Source: Microthyrium microscopicum
Taxonomy: Eukaryota
Assembly (NCBI GenBank): GCA_010405405.1
Contig: MU004233.1
Span: forward strand, 2,768,539-2,832,538
Length of the DNA stretch: 64,000 nt
Reading direction: 5' to 3'
Shown: positions 48,541-61,000 of the stretch, piece after piece
Numbering within the stretch: position 1 is the stretch's first letter
Layout: each line of letters begins with the position of its first letter
Translations under genes and position numbers: made by a program
The notes under the pieces: generated by a model
Databases searched by the model: none
What the model was told of the DNA's origin: nothing
The model's input: the letters and a program-made list of their open reading frames with translations, nothing else

Positions 48541-51074
48541 AAGCCTTTTTATAAAATATTTAATAGTAAGAAATAAGAAACCTAAATAATCTAAATTTTT
48601 AAGCTAATCTACTACTTTCTAGTTTTAAAGTAATATAAGCCTAATGCTACTTTTCTTTATTCCTTAAAAGATAACTAACTCTAAGAGTTTAATTCTATTT
48701 CTTCCTCTATATAAGTAAGCTAATATACTTCTTTTTTACTAAAACTAAATATAGTTAGTAAAGCTTCTAAATAACTTAAAAATAGCGTAGATAATAAGCT
48801 ACTAATAAAGCTATAAATAAGAGTAATAAGTAGTTTAGTAACTACCTATATTAATTATATAGTACCTACGCTTATTTTCTTTATTATAAATAAGTAATTT
48901 TATTTATTATTTAAGGTATAATTTATATAAGCCTTATTAAATATAAAATTATTCTTTATATTCTAAAAGACTATATAATTATACTAAGTAATAACTTCCT
49001 TATCTAAAAGCTTAAGTATATAGTAGCGTTTATATTTATTATAATACTAATTAAATTAGTAATCCTAAGTATAAGCTATAACTACTTATAGCTTATTACT
49101 ACTAGATAATAAGTTAGTTATTATTATAGTAGCTAGCTTAGTCTAAGTAAGACTATACTTAATATAGTACTTAAGCAATACTAAGATCTCTTAAGGAATT
49201 TTAACTTTTTAATTCTAAAGATTCTATAAGACTTAGATAAGCTTATTCTAAGTCTTTTTCTTATACGTTTATAGCTAGTAGTTTAAATAAATTAATTAAC
49301 TACCTACTATAGTATAAGCTATATTATTAAGTAAATACTTATAAGTCTACTTATTAAGCTTCTTTAAAAAAGCTAAATAATAACCTAAACTAAGCTTTAT
49401 CTTAATTTAAAGCTTAGGTAAGGTCTTATACGTACTACCTTACTTCTTTATAAACTAATATAATAACGTCTTTATTTTCTCCTTATTTAAAAACTTAATA
49501 TACTTTAGTTTATTCTTAAAAATATTTAAAAAGTTAGTTTTATTAACTATATACTTATACGCTTATAAAATATTATAAGTTTACTCTAGCTTAAGCGTTA
49601 TATAATAGTAGTAGCCTTAGCTACGCTCTTAATTAATAACTTAGTATAAGGTTATTTTAGAGTATACTAAGCTATTCTAAATATACTAGAGTATATTTTT
49701 TACTACTTAAACTTAAGAACGTATTATATTTTACTTTATATATATCTATATAGAATTAAGTAATATAATATTTAAGAAGTTATAGTCTAAACTAAAAATA
49801 TTAGTAATATAAGTACTAGATATTATAAATAGCTTAATCTTATTTTAATCTAAAAAACTTATTTCCTAAAGCTATTAAAGCGTTACCTATATTAAAGTAT
49901 TCTTCTTAGTAAAACCTATCTTTCGTTTAAGCGTCTCTTAAGTAGCTTACTTATAAGCTAACTTTTGCTAATAAAAGAACTTACTCTCTAGGACTAGAAG
50001 ATATTATTTAAACATAGGTAATTATTTATAAGATTATCTTATCTTAAAATTAACGTTATAGTAGCCTATAAAAGCTCGCTAGTAAGCCTCTTTAAGAAAA
50101 GGATTTAGATAGCTAATACTTTATTAATAACTAAATCTAGCTAAAAAAGACGAAAAGTAGTTATTATTATTCTTTATGCTTAAGAATTTTAATATACTAC
50201 TTTATTAGCTATAAGCTTTAGCTAGAGAAGATAAATATATAAGCGTATTTATAAATAATTATAGATATTCCTTAGAATAAGGTTAAGTAACTAAACTTAG
50301 AAACTAAATAATAAAACTTAAAGCTTACTATAAAGATTTAGCTTAATTATACTAAGCCTAAGAAACTTAAGAATAAGTACTATACTTTCTAAGTATCTTT
50401 AAAAGCAACGTAGTTAGCTTAGTATAAGAAGCTATCTTAAAAAGTTCTTATAATTAAAAGCTTAAGAAGAATTAAGGATTAAAGAAAGGGAATATATAGA
50501 GCTACTTATACTTAATAATATTAGAAGTATAAAAAAGAATTTACTTCTACTAGCTTAAAGTATTATAAAAGTATAATAAAGAAGAAGAAGAGAAAATAAT
50601 AGATTATAAAGCTTTATAGATATAAAATTAAGCCCTTATCTTATATTTACTTAGACTAGTAATTACTACCTAGTTCTTCGTTACTATCTATATATTACTT
50701 CTTATAAACTTTATTCTTTAAGGCCTTAAAGCGTAAGTTATATATATTCTTTATTAAATTAAGTAGCCTTAATACGTCTATATAAACTTCTTATAATTCC
50801 TTAATTTACTACTACTAATAGCTCTTATGTAAATAAACCTTCCTAAAAGGATTAGAAACTATAAATACTTAAGTACTATTTATAATAGTTTAACCTAAAT
50901 CTTAAAAAAGATCTTAAAGAGATAATTCCTTAGAGATTACCTTATAATATAGCTAGGGCAATAGTTCTAGACCCTAGGTAAAGATTCTTTATTAGTTATT
51001 ATAATATTCTTTTTATTTTACTTATTTATTAAAGCTATAACTATAGGATTTATAAACTTAGGAGAGTTTACGCT

Positions 51075-51086
51075 AGTAAGGAAGGA
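51075..51086 (+). other. Polypurine tract
   Basis: AGTAAGGAAGGA directly abuts the 3' LTR. Confidence 0.7.
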
Positions 51087-51238
51087 TATTATAATAAAGA
51101 ATATGCTAAGGAATTAGATAATTGTAAGACCTAATTAGGGATAATATAATCCCCTAATCAGCGTGTCCTAAAAACTATATTAGGCCCTTAGACTCCCGTA
51201 GTAATTAACCACGCTTTATTTCTCATATTCTTACAACA
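51087..51238 (+). repeat. 3' LTR
   Basis: Copy of 41300-41451, ending TTACAACA and followed by the ATCAG TSD. Confidence 0.95.
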
Positions 51239-52375
51239 ATCAGAAGTGCTCTGAAAGTACCCCGATAGCTGCATATTCATGCATTCCATAGCTCCTTTTC
51301 CATGTGACGATCGTTATGGACTGCACATATATCACCTGTCAGACGGTTATGGAAGTATCAAAGGCTCTGCGGCCACCTTTCTCGCCGTGAATCTCGCATG
51401 TTTATACCTCTGAGGTTAGATGATGGAGAAGTAAAGGTGGATGATGTGAAGGACTAGTCTCAACGCAGTAAGTGAGGCTCAATTGAAATATGGAGACGCA
51501 TGATCTTGGTTCACTATTCTTTCAAAGTACCATCAACACGTTGGGGTTCGAACTACTACACGCAGACATATTGACGACTTGAAGACTTCTGATTCTGAGT
51601 TTTCAATACCGCCTTCCGGTATTTGAGGAAACTCGTTGACCTTATGACCTCCAACTCAATGACGATGGTAAGGGTACTAGCTCTACACACATCTAGAATT
51701 CAAGCATCATCTCTACAAAGGCCACTAAAGACGCATGAGATCGATGAAATGGGAAGCTAGAAAACGCTATATATACCTCGGCCCGCGGGCAATACTGCAA
51801 TGCAGTGTATGAAAGACTATTGAAATAAAATCGTGTATTGAAATAAAGACTTTCTAGGTAGCTCGCAAAGACGTTATTATTCACGAATCAAGAAAAGTAA
51901 ACACACGCCAATAGCCGACTGATCTAAGATAAAACGAAGTACCCAGCTGTCCTGCTCAGTCATCCATACAAAGCAAACCATAAAAACATGAAGAGTGCGC
52001 CATCTTAGCTTCGAGATCAATTTCGGATATCATTACTGGAAGTTGTGAAGACTGATGACATTCGTCATTTCAAGCTTTTAGAAGTCGTTTCGTCCGATGT
52101 TCAATATCAAAATGTACTTAGTGTGTAGCTTGAGGTTTTCAAACTTGACTTTGTCTTTTGAAGTGATTCTGATGTGTGTTTATGAATTCTATATTGTCAG
52201 TTTATGTGGCTAAGCTATAGCCAGATATCAGAAAACGTCTCTTCCACGTGCTGATGCTAAATCCTTCACAAGAAGACAACATCTCTGTCCCATGTATAGA
52301 CTGCCCGTCACCCCATAGCCCCTGTATCTATCAAGCTCCAACAACCTCCATTAGAATTTAACTTCCATACGCTTC

Positions 52376-53291
52376 TCAGAGCAGTCTCGCAACCCAATCC
52401 CACCATTTCTCCGTCTCCAACTCGTCTCCCTCCACATTGCCCCCAATGACCTCCACCTCGACCCCAAACTCCTCCAGAACATCAAAGCGGAACTTTACGC
52501 CCAAATCCTCTCCCAATATATCCGTCTCCTCCTCTGCGCCATCCGTCGCCAGTCCCCGTGCCCTCGTCTCTCGTGTTCTCGCTATCTCACCCTCCAACAC
52601 ACCCTTCACCATGCTGACTGGTAACGCAGTAAACACATCCATCTTATTCGCCGCCACCAACAACTTCAGCGGCTTTTTCCGTGTGGCAGAAGTTTTCTGA
52701 AGTGCGAGGAGAATGTCGTGTAGATAAGAGGCTGAGTCGGATAGACCGCTGATGGACTCATCATCACGGCGTTCAGAGGAGAGATTCGCGGCGTCCACGA
52801 CGAATATTATGCCAGACAGCGGACTCGTGCTGTTCTCCAGCGCAGTGAATGCATGGCGCCGTAGTTTTGCGTGCCCGGGGGTGTCGACTAGTAGAAGTGG
52901 TTGGAGCGCTTGTGCCTGCGGGTCATTCAGTGAGCGGTAGCGCGCTGAGGAGGAGCGGGTGCTTGGTGGGAGGACGGCGAGGATTGTGGTGGGTTCGATG
53001 GAGGTGTGTGTTTGTGCTGTTGATGTTTGGCGCTCGAACTGTCCAGTGTTAGCGCATGAATAGGGGAAGGGATGGGGTGTATGAGTTTACGTTTGTGACG
53101 ATGGCGGTTTTGCCGCTATTGCTGGGCCCGCAGACGAGGAAGCGTGGGATGGAGGAAGGAGATTTGGCGCGGTAAAAGAAGAAGTGAGTGAGTATGGGTA
53201 GGCAGATAAGTATTAGGGTGGTGATTATAATGGCGAATTTGGAAGGGCCAAAGGAGCGGGTCAGAAAGCTGTCTTCATCGTACCAAGCCAT
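52376..53291 (-). CDS. SRP102: Signal recognition particle receptor beta subunit (287 aa)
   Basis: N-terminal TM helix, P-loop GPSNSGKT, LVDTPGHAKLR, GIIFVVDAA, LLVAANKMDVFTA, C-terminal WWDWV. Intron 53039-53090. Confidence 0.92.
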
Positions 53292-54566
53292 GACGGGCTA
53301 ATCGAGGGGTTGGATAAGCGCGTTGAGTCGTCTACATTAAAGCAGGGAGGGTGTATGTTTGGATATTATCTCGATAGAGAAAAGTAGAAGCGCAGAATTG
53401 ATGTCCATGTGGAAGATGGGTTGATGAACATGGAACTTGCCGTTGGAGCTTTGACCATCCTGCACGCGATGCGCCAAGGCGCTAAATCTCGAAAACAGGC
53501 GCTCTCCTACATTTGGGATAGCGCCAGCCTTCCTGCGAGCGCCATGTTCCATCTCGCGTGTTGTTGCTGCTCGTTTGTATGCGACCTCCTACGAGTCCCA
53601 TCGGCGTTGACATCTCGTAATTGAGCCGCCGTGGATCGATATGTGGCAGCATTGAGAACACCTGGCGTAGCTGCGCCGCACAGGAAACGTGAATCCTACG
53701 ACCCTTTGAATTGTTAGCAATCAATCAATATGCACCAAAGCAGCATCAGCAGGCTCTTAAACATTTATAGTATTGATATGATCATATCTAGGATAAGTCG
53801 GAAACCCTTTTGTATCTGGCAGTAACAAAACATGCCAACAAGATACAATAATCAATTCCTTCATCCTAGTCGCACATCAGCAGACGTTCCTTATACACCC
53901 TTGAACGCCGCCAATTTGTACATCTAGAATCCTATGTCGCCTAGTAGCGGCAAAGCCCCATATAAACAAACAAGTTCTCTCTGCAATTACCTGCGCCGCA
54001 ATTTTCATATGCAAGCCTGCGAGGATGTCCAGAGTAGAACCTGAACTTGAAATTTGAAGGGGTTGGGGATATGAGAAGGATGTAACGGGGTGGAATAAAG
54101 AAATTAACAGGTCATATGGGGTGGTTAAATATGCTTCCAATGGGTCATGCCGCACCAAGAGAAGAGCTCGAACAGAAAGAAAAAAGAAGATGTATCCGTA
54201 CACATTCGGCCGTGTTCCATTTGCTAGACCACGCAAAAGACCCGGCCGTGAAATGATTTTTTTGATTACCAGTCCATGCCCTGGGAGAATTGCAAGCTGA
54301 TTGTTAATCCAGCAGTGCAATGTGAAAAGAGAAAAGAGTCCAAACACATGCCTGCTCCATTGCAAGTAATAATGCAACCAGGACGAGAAGAAGAAAAATG
54401 CTATGCATCATTGATGTGATCCGTTTTGTCTTGAGTCGTTCGCCATTTCGCCGTAAACGTGATCGTTTCTGTGCCCAGGTCCCAGTCCAAGGGGAAAAAA
54501 TTAAGATATGTTGATAAACCGTATAGAAGTCGAAGGTTCTTTTCCACAACCTCGAGGGTTGGGAGC

Positions 54567-57500
54567 TTACATGCTAGGCTCGGCCTGCACGTAAGAGTAA
54601 ATTCCGCGGCTGGTGTTATGAGCCATGTCATTTACTGAACGGCCCGTGAGCATTGGAAGCGTATGACCAGAGCCATCCTCATCAGCTCGAGAGACAGAGT
54701 GCTCCATTTTCACAGGGACTGAGCTGAGTGGTGGTGCAAGACCTGCTTGATGAAGTGCCCCAGGATAGTAAGAGTATGCTGGTTTAGGTTCATCGTCCAC
54801 GCCTGGGAGAAAATTTCCACCATGTGAGGTGCTGGTGTGGTATGATCTCATGGAGTCCATTTCGGTATGAGGATGCATGAGATGCTGCGGACCTGGAAGC
54901 GGACCCGGAAGGGTATCGGGATGGCAGTTGAGGGAATAGTTGTTGGCTCCGTTGGGACTCATTCCATATCGTGATAATGATGAGGCTCCATAACCTGCTT
55001 GACCACCCAGATGTGACATGGAAGTCCAACCTGGCATATTGTGTCGACCTCCTATGTTGCCGCCAGCACCTCCACCTCTGCCCATACTGTTGGGCCCTTC
55101 GTTGGAATAGTGACTTGGGCTGCGACCTCGAACAACAACCTGGCTGCTTGCGCGTTTGGCAATCTTGACCCACTTTGGAGCTTGTTCGGAACTCGTCCGG
55201 ACATCAGCAAACAGTTCAACAATAAGATGGTAGTACTGTTGCTGGGCGCGTCTTTTGCCGTTATTGGCAGTCGCGCTCTTGAACTGAATCCGCTCGAAAG
55301 TGTGTGTATTGGCCGAAGGGGAAGCCGCTGTGACCCCATTCACAGCTTGATCAGCTGTCGATTGAGACTCGGGGGCCATTTGGAGCGGTAAATGCACCAC
55401 CGGTTGTGGTGAAGCTCGAGGATGTCCACTTGTAAGGTAATTATAGTGTGGGTCGGAGCCTGGATTGGTATTATGCCCTCGGTTAGGGGGCGTAGGACTT
55501 ATCCTGGTGACCTGAATTGCGCATTGGGGACCCTTGTCCCGTTTGGGCGTATGCTGAACAAGATCGACCGTCTTTCCAGCTGCACCATCAACTGCCGCGC
55601 TCAAGCTCATTGCCATAGCTTGCACACGTTGCGGTTGCTGCCCTTGCTCATAAACGTAGATGCTCCTTCCGCTTGGAAAAGGCTCCAAAGTAAATGAGCA
55701 GTTGACTGAGAAATAGTTGCGTCTATAGCAAGTCCAGCACTCATCTCCGCTGATGAAGAACCCCTTTTCAATCTTGGCGTGGATGGTGGGCCTCACGGTC
55801 GTCGCGCCATCATCTAGCCGAATTTCGAGCAGCGTCTCTTGTTCCTGGAAAGGAGGGGTCTGTGATGGTTCTCTAGGCACATTGGAATAGGCTTGGTTGC
55901 TGTACATGGTGTTGTTGGAGTTATACGGTGCAGTGGCATGCGGTGAGAGCATAGTTCTAGGTGTCTCAGGGAGGGAAGGCGTGTAGGAAGATCTCGATAT
56001 ATCCGAATGGGATCTAGGGCCCAGGTGACGCATTAAACCTGGTGTTGATGTGGTGTAGTGATCCCGAACGGTAGATCCTGAAGTCGGACTGACAGGATTG
56101 CTACCCATAGCCCGTCCTCTACTTCCAGATGTCATACCAATTGTTGAAGGATCCGTCCTAAATGATGGTCAGCCAATCTCATCGTGAGCACAAAGCACTG
56201 CATCGGGTGCACCCGCAGGATATATGCAGATGTGGATCCCATCAGGAAATTGTCAAAGATTGTCTGGACTTACAGCGAGAGCCGCGGTGGTCGAACATGA
56301 GATATGCCGTTCACAGGAGCCGATGGATTGGAACCGTAGCCGTATGTCGAGCTACCAAACACCTGCGATGCTCCTGGGAAAGGACCACCAAGGCTTAGCG
56401 ATGGGTGTGTTTGTGAGTACAAGCTCGCGGTTCCTGGATAGGAGGAATAGGTGACGGAGCTAGCGTTTGACGATGGCGAGGTTGCAATCGAACCTGAAGC
56501 AGAATCTGAATATGCAGAGGGGGTGGCCGTGTAGCTGCTAAACAGTAAGTGTCAGTATGTATTGCCTAGAAATATCAGGCTGAAGGCTTAACGGCAAAAG
56601 GCGATGCGAGGGGTGGTGGGCGCTCTAGCTACACAGTGTAACATGCTACCCGAGTCGTACAAGAACTTCGTCGCCGCATCTCTGTGCAGGACCAGCTCTG
56701 CACTCTGGCCGTCGTGTGATCGCAGGCCAAACTCTGGCTAGTCCAGAGCCTTGGGGCATGTACAACCTGATGGAGATAAACCATCAGGCACTTCTGCACG
56801 CTAGGCCTGCCCTGTTTGACCGGAGCAATTTTCAGGGCCGGGCGACGGACAGAAAAGCTGGTGAGCATTTCAATGGTCGAAATGAAGAGGCTAAATTGGC
56901 AGAGGGCGACAGGGCGGAATCCGACAAGATGGGAAAAAGCAAACTTACCTTTCGTGAGAAGATCGAGGTGGCATACAAGGAACTCCGCTTCCAAGTGTCA
57001 GACCAAAATGGTTGGAAGTTTGTCCCAAGTTCTCACGGCCTGAATATGGACTGTGTTGACCATGAGAACCGACGGGATCGATGCATTCCTGATCAGAGGA
57101 TGGGATGGCAAACTCGGATCCCAGGTTTCCTGGTAGGCCTGCTGTTGGCTCAAAGTTAGCAAACGTTAAAGACGAGTTGAACGTCTATTAAATATTGAAA
57201 TAGCGAATATAGTTGGTTAGGAAGCAGCTAAGAAAATAGAATGATGTAGGGAGGTTGGCAAGGAGAAGGTGTTGATGGTGGAGAGTTGCAGATGGAATGC
57301 TTCGCGCAAGCCTTGTCTGGTTACACAAACCAGCGCAGGGTCGGGAAAAGTTGCACGCACAAGAGACAAAAAAGATGAAAACCGCACGAAATCCAGCAAT
57401 AAATACCTACGGCGCGGAACAGAAACCAAATTGGGGGTCAGTGACTGAGAGGCCGCATTTACGGCCGCGTAAGGATTGAAATGCTTGAAATGCAACTTGG

Positions 57501-57730
57501 CCCACCAAAGAAAGGATTTTTGGCCAAGACAGCAAAGAAAAGAAGATTCAAGACCCCTCAGCAAATAAAAGTGATGGAAAAAGACAATTCATAGAAAGGC
57601 AGCATAGCCTAATGGACAACAGTAGTGAAGGTCGACGATAATGTAAGTAACAGATGCAGCAAGGGGGCAAAAAAATGAAAGAACAAGATCGGGCAGAGGG
57701 AGGAAAAGTAGTCTACTTACGAGGATCCAT
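54567..57730 (-). CDS. NDT80/PhoG-family transcription factor (NdtA/FSD-1-like), proposed 4-exon model of 685 aa
   Basis: NDT80 domain: KIEKGFF..WTCYRRNYFSV, LVQHTPKRDKGP, FERIQFKSATANNGKRRAQQQYYHLIVEL, VVVRGRSPSHY. Upstream exons 57730-57721, 57141-56949 and 56537-56274 join exon 56157-54567 with consistent phases and no stops. The domain call is firm; the 5' exons are less certain. Confidence 0.88.
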
Positions 57731-58051
57731 AGTGGGATTGGCAGTTATATGATAGGTGCTTGCCTGGTGATTATTATGCGCGTAATTGAGAGAGCCGTTG
57801 CTCTGGGACTGTTGAGAGGGGGCGCTGGGTTGGGGAGGGGGAGACAACTTGAGAGAAAAAGCAAGGGCAGCAGCAATAATGACCAAAAGCTGCAGAGTAA
57901 AGTAGTGGGATAGTATCGCAAACAGAATCGGAGGAATTGGGGGCAGTGGGATTTGTTGTGATTACAGAAGTTTAGAGTGGTTGAGAGTTGTCGAGGTTGT
58001 CCAGAATCTAGACGGGGATTAGCAACGTCAACAAGGCAGAGGTATCTAGGT

Positions 58052-58075
58052 AGTAGTAGTAGTAATAATAATAAA
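58052..58075. repeat. Compound microsatellite (TAG)n(TAA)n
   Basis: tagtagtagtagtaataataataa, upstream of the NDT80-like gene. Confidence 0.7.
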
Positions 58076-61000
58076 GTACAGAGCAATGTGAGAATTGCGC
58101 AAAGGTCGCGAGAAAAAAGGGTTGATTTGTTTGATGAACAAGTGCGACTTACATATAGACGGGGACGATATGGTGTATAACAGTTGGTTCAAAGTCGTCG
58201 ATATACCGCAACACGATATTTCCTATGCGATAGATGTGTGGTCGCAGTCCAAGGGATCAAGAGGCTGATGTGGAGCCTCTTCCAGAAGGTCAATTGCTCA
58301 GAGCTTGAGAAGAGCACAGTTCTGGGGGAAGGCTGTGGGTTTACGGTTGCACTGTCCTCCAACTGGTCAACTTCAGCCTTCTTTCCTGCAATTGGTTCTT
58401 TTTCGGCCAATGGCTTTGCAAACTCGTTTGGTGGTAAAAGAGTTCCCAAGACTTGGCCTTTTTACTGATGCTTGATACTGTACGAATTGATCCTTCAAGT
58501 CTAGATTGTCCCTGTTTTCCCCGTTAGCTTGCAGCTGTCTGTGGCCGTCAATTGGCTGTTACCTGAAAGGATTTGACTACGATATCTTTTGAAGATATCG
58601 AGTTGTTTGAAGGTAAGCTGGACTATATGCTTTCTGTTCAAGCCTCGCACCACTGCTTTCGCCTTCAGCACTAGCTCTCTTCGCTGGCTTCCTGCCGGCT
58701 TCCTCAAGCGGTGTGTTTTCAATCTGTCGCGCTCCCAAAGCCTTTTCTTTGGCAGGCCAGATATTTTGGACAAAGTCAATTGCCGCAAAAGGGTGTCTAG
58801 TTCGACCCTGTATCGACCAGGGTGGTATATGCAGGCGTCTGCGAGTGACAAGAGAGGCGTGCAGCCACAGAACTGGCGACGTCAATTCTGACTTGTCGAA
58901 AGCGGTCCAAATCCAGGACAAGAGCGATCTGATTGCGCGAGCCTGTCGGTTTTGCTTTTTCGATCCTAGAGGCTGCTGCAAATCGTAATGGCTGGCCTTG
59001 CAAGTCGTAAACCTGGGAAAAGAGTAGCGGAATCGCCAAATTCGTAATTTCAACGGTGGTTAAATGTCAACCGTCAACGCCCTCCTCGCTGGACCTGACA
59101 GACTTTCTGATTTTGTGATTTTTGAGGGGTCCACTGTCCTTCGCCGAGTCAATATGTCGCACAAAAGTGTCCAAGCACTCGCTTTCTTGTGATTCGTCCA
59201 ATGAGTCTCAATTCAATCGTTCTCCTGACCAAGGGCCTGACAAAGAAAATTCCAAAACGAGTCCAAGTTGAAAGTTGATCTACCTCGAATCGAATGAGAC
59301 AAAATATACCAAACTCTGCTGGACTGCCAGAATCTGGACTGGGGGCAAGACAAAGTATAGTAGAAGAAATGATGCAGAGTTGTTGCAAGAGTTGAACACT
59401 GAACAGAATATCCAGCAGGAAATTGCCAGTACATGTACCAGTGCTCAGCTGTCAGCAAACATAACTTTCAGCATCTCTCCAAGGCTGTCAAAGGTCGAGG
59501 CAAGTTCCGCCCGAACTAAACTCGCCTTCAAATTCCCAGAATCTGGGTTAGAAGCTCGGATCAGTCGAGCTAATTCCTTTCAACAGATCCAGGACACTGT
59601 TCTACTGCCCACTATCCACTGTCCGCACCACCACCTCACCTGAATCCCCGTAAGTTCTAGCAGGACCCCAGTCTTTACCAAGCACATAATAACTTCATCT
59701 TCCCTCTATCGTCCAAAAGCATTTGGCTTTAACCTCATCTGTTAGCTTCCCATCACAGCCTCGGAACTATCATTCTATGCCACCTTGATAATGGTCGGTC
59801 CCAAACTTGGCAAATTCCATGGTCGTATTCTCATGACCGTCGCAGTCCCTCAACTGCGCAACGGCTTCATGGATGACGTTGGCAGACTGCACATCTGATG
59901 GCTACAGTTCCAATCAGACCTAGTTGTGAGCCAGGTACGCCATGTTGCGTTCCATCGCTCTCACTGTGGGGCTGTCACGCCTCTCCAAGGCCCCAGCTGC
60001 ACTTCGGCCAAGATATGTTTGAGAATATGTTGGAAGCTTCTCAGAACATTTTAGAACACATCAATTCTAGCAGGGCTGACAAGCCATGCCACGCCTTGTA
60101 CCCACTCATGGTTGTTATTGTCGCATGCACCGTTCTAGCACTCTCCTTGCTTCGGGGAGGCGGGTAATGTCAAGTCTCCTTGAGACGGAAGAACATGTAC
60201 GGTGCCGGCCTCATGCTGCTCACTGTGTGAGGTTCGAGCATTACCAATCGATGGGTGGGATTGCCCAGCCCCTAAATCGGCAGAGCGTATGCGATTTTCC
60301 CCATCGAGTGCAATGTCTTCCATCAAGACCTTTCGCCCTCGGTCGCCGAACTGTTCATTCTGAAGCAATCAACTGGTCCTCGAATTCGGTCCCGGTCATC
60401 ATTCTGTGCCGAACGCTATGTGGACATTGCATGGATTGGTGGTGTCAAGCTGGGGCCCGTTACGACGGGGGTTAGATGTTTGGAAGCAAGATTACTTGTT
60501 TTGTTGATCACCATACCAGCCCAGTCTCGAGTTCATGGATGGTAGGGATAGACACACTGGCGGCTCTGCAAGTTCCCACCGCCATTCCGATTTCAGATTT
60601 GGAACAACTGCTCTACCCCTCAGCACCAAAGATAGACCCCACATGTGCAAACATCAAGCAGAAATAGCGACTCGGCTCTCAGCCTTGTTCGTATTTGATT
60701 TGCACGACGTCCTATATCTTAGTCAGTCGGCAAGGAAGTCTACTAACCCAGGACTATCCTAAAGACCAAAGCAAGGCTTTCTAAAGATACTGACGCATCA
60801 TGTCCAGACAAGAGGCCAACATTGATCGTATTGCCCACAGTGTGCTAACTTAGCAATAGCTACTAAGGCCTAAATCGACGGACGAGCAAGCGCATGGACG
60901 ATCAAGATGGATGCCATCTCTTACCTCAGCGACCCAACAGCTTGGAACCATTAGTGAAGATTTTTGGGGGCAGTGGAAAAAGGCTGAAGCATTTGATAGG

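Larger units (their letters stand above)
41300..51238 (+). mobile_element. Full-length Ty3/Gypsy LTR retrotransposon, RIP-inactivated
   Basis: Paired 152-bp LTRs with TGTTG..CAACA outer ends; ATCAG TSD at 41295-41299 and 51239-51243. Extremely AT-rich with CpA/TpG almost absent. De-RIP reading gives CxxCxxxxHxxxxC (43757-43798), ALLD(S)GA (44002), RT YLDD (45121), RNase H (about 45590), integrase D..D..E (46501-46810) and GPY (about 47233), in Gypsy order PR-RT-RH-IN. Confidence 0.95.

Noticed and set aside
41452..51086. AT-rich block as NUMT, centromere or horizontally transferred DNA
   Set aside because: It is bounded exactly by LTRs and a TSD, contains retroelement motifs, and its CpA/TpG loss is explained by RIP.
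51540..51560. GGTTCGAA T-loop-like motif suggesting a tRNA
   Set aside because: No flanking stems or cloverleaf could be formed.
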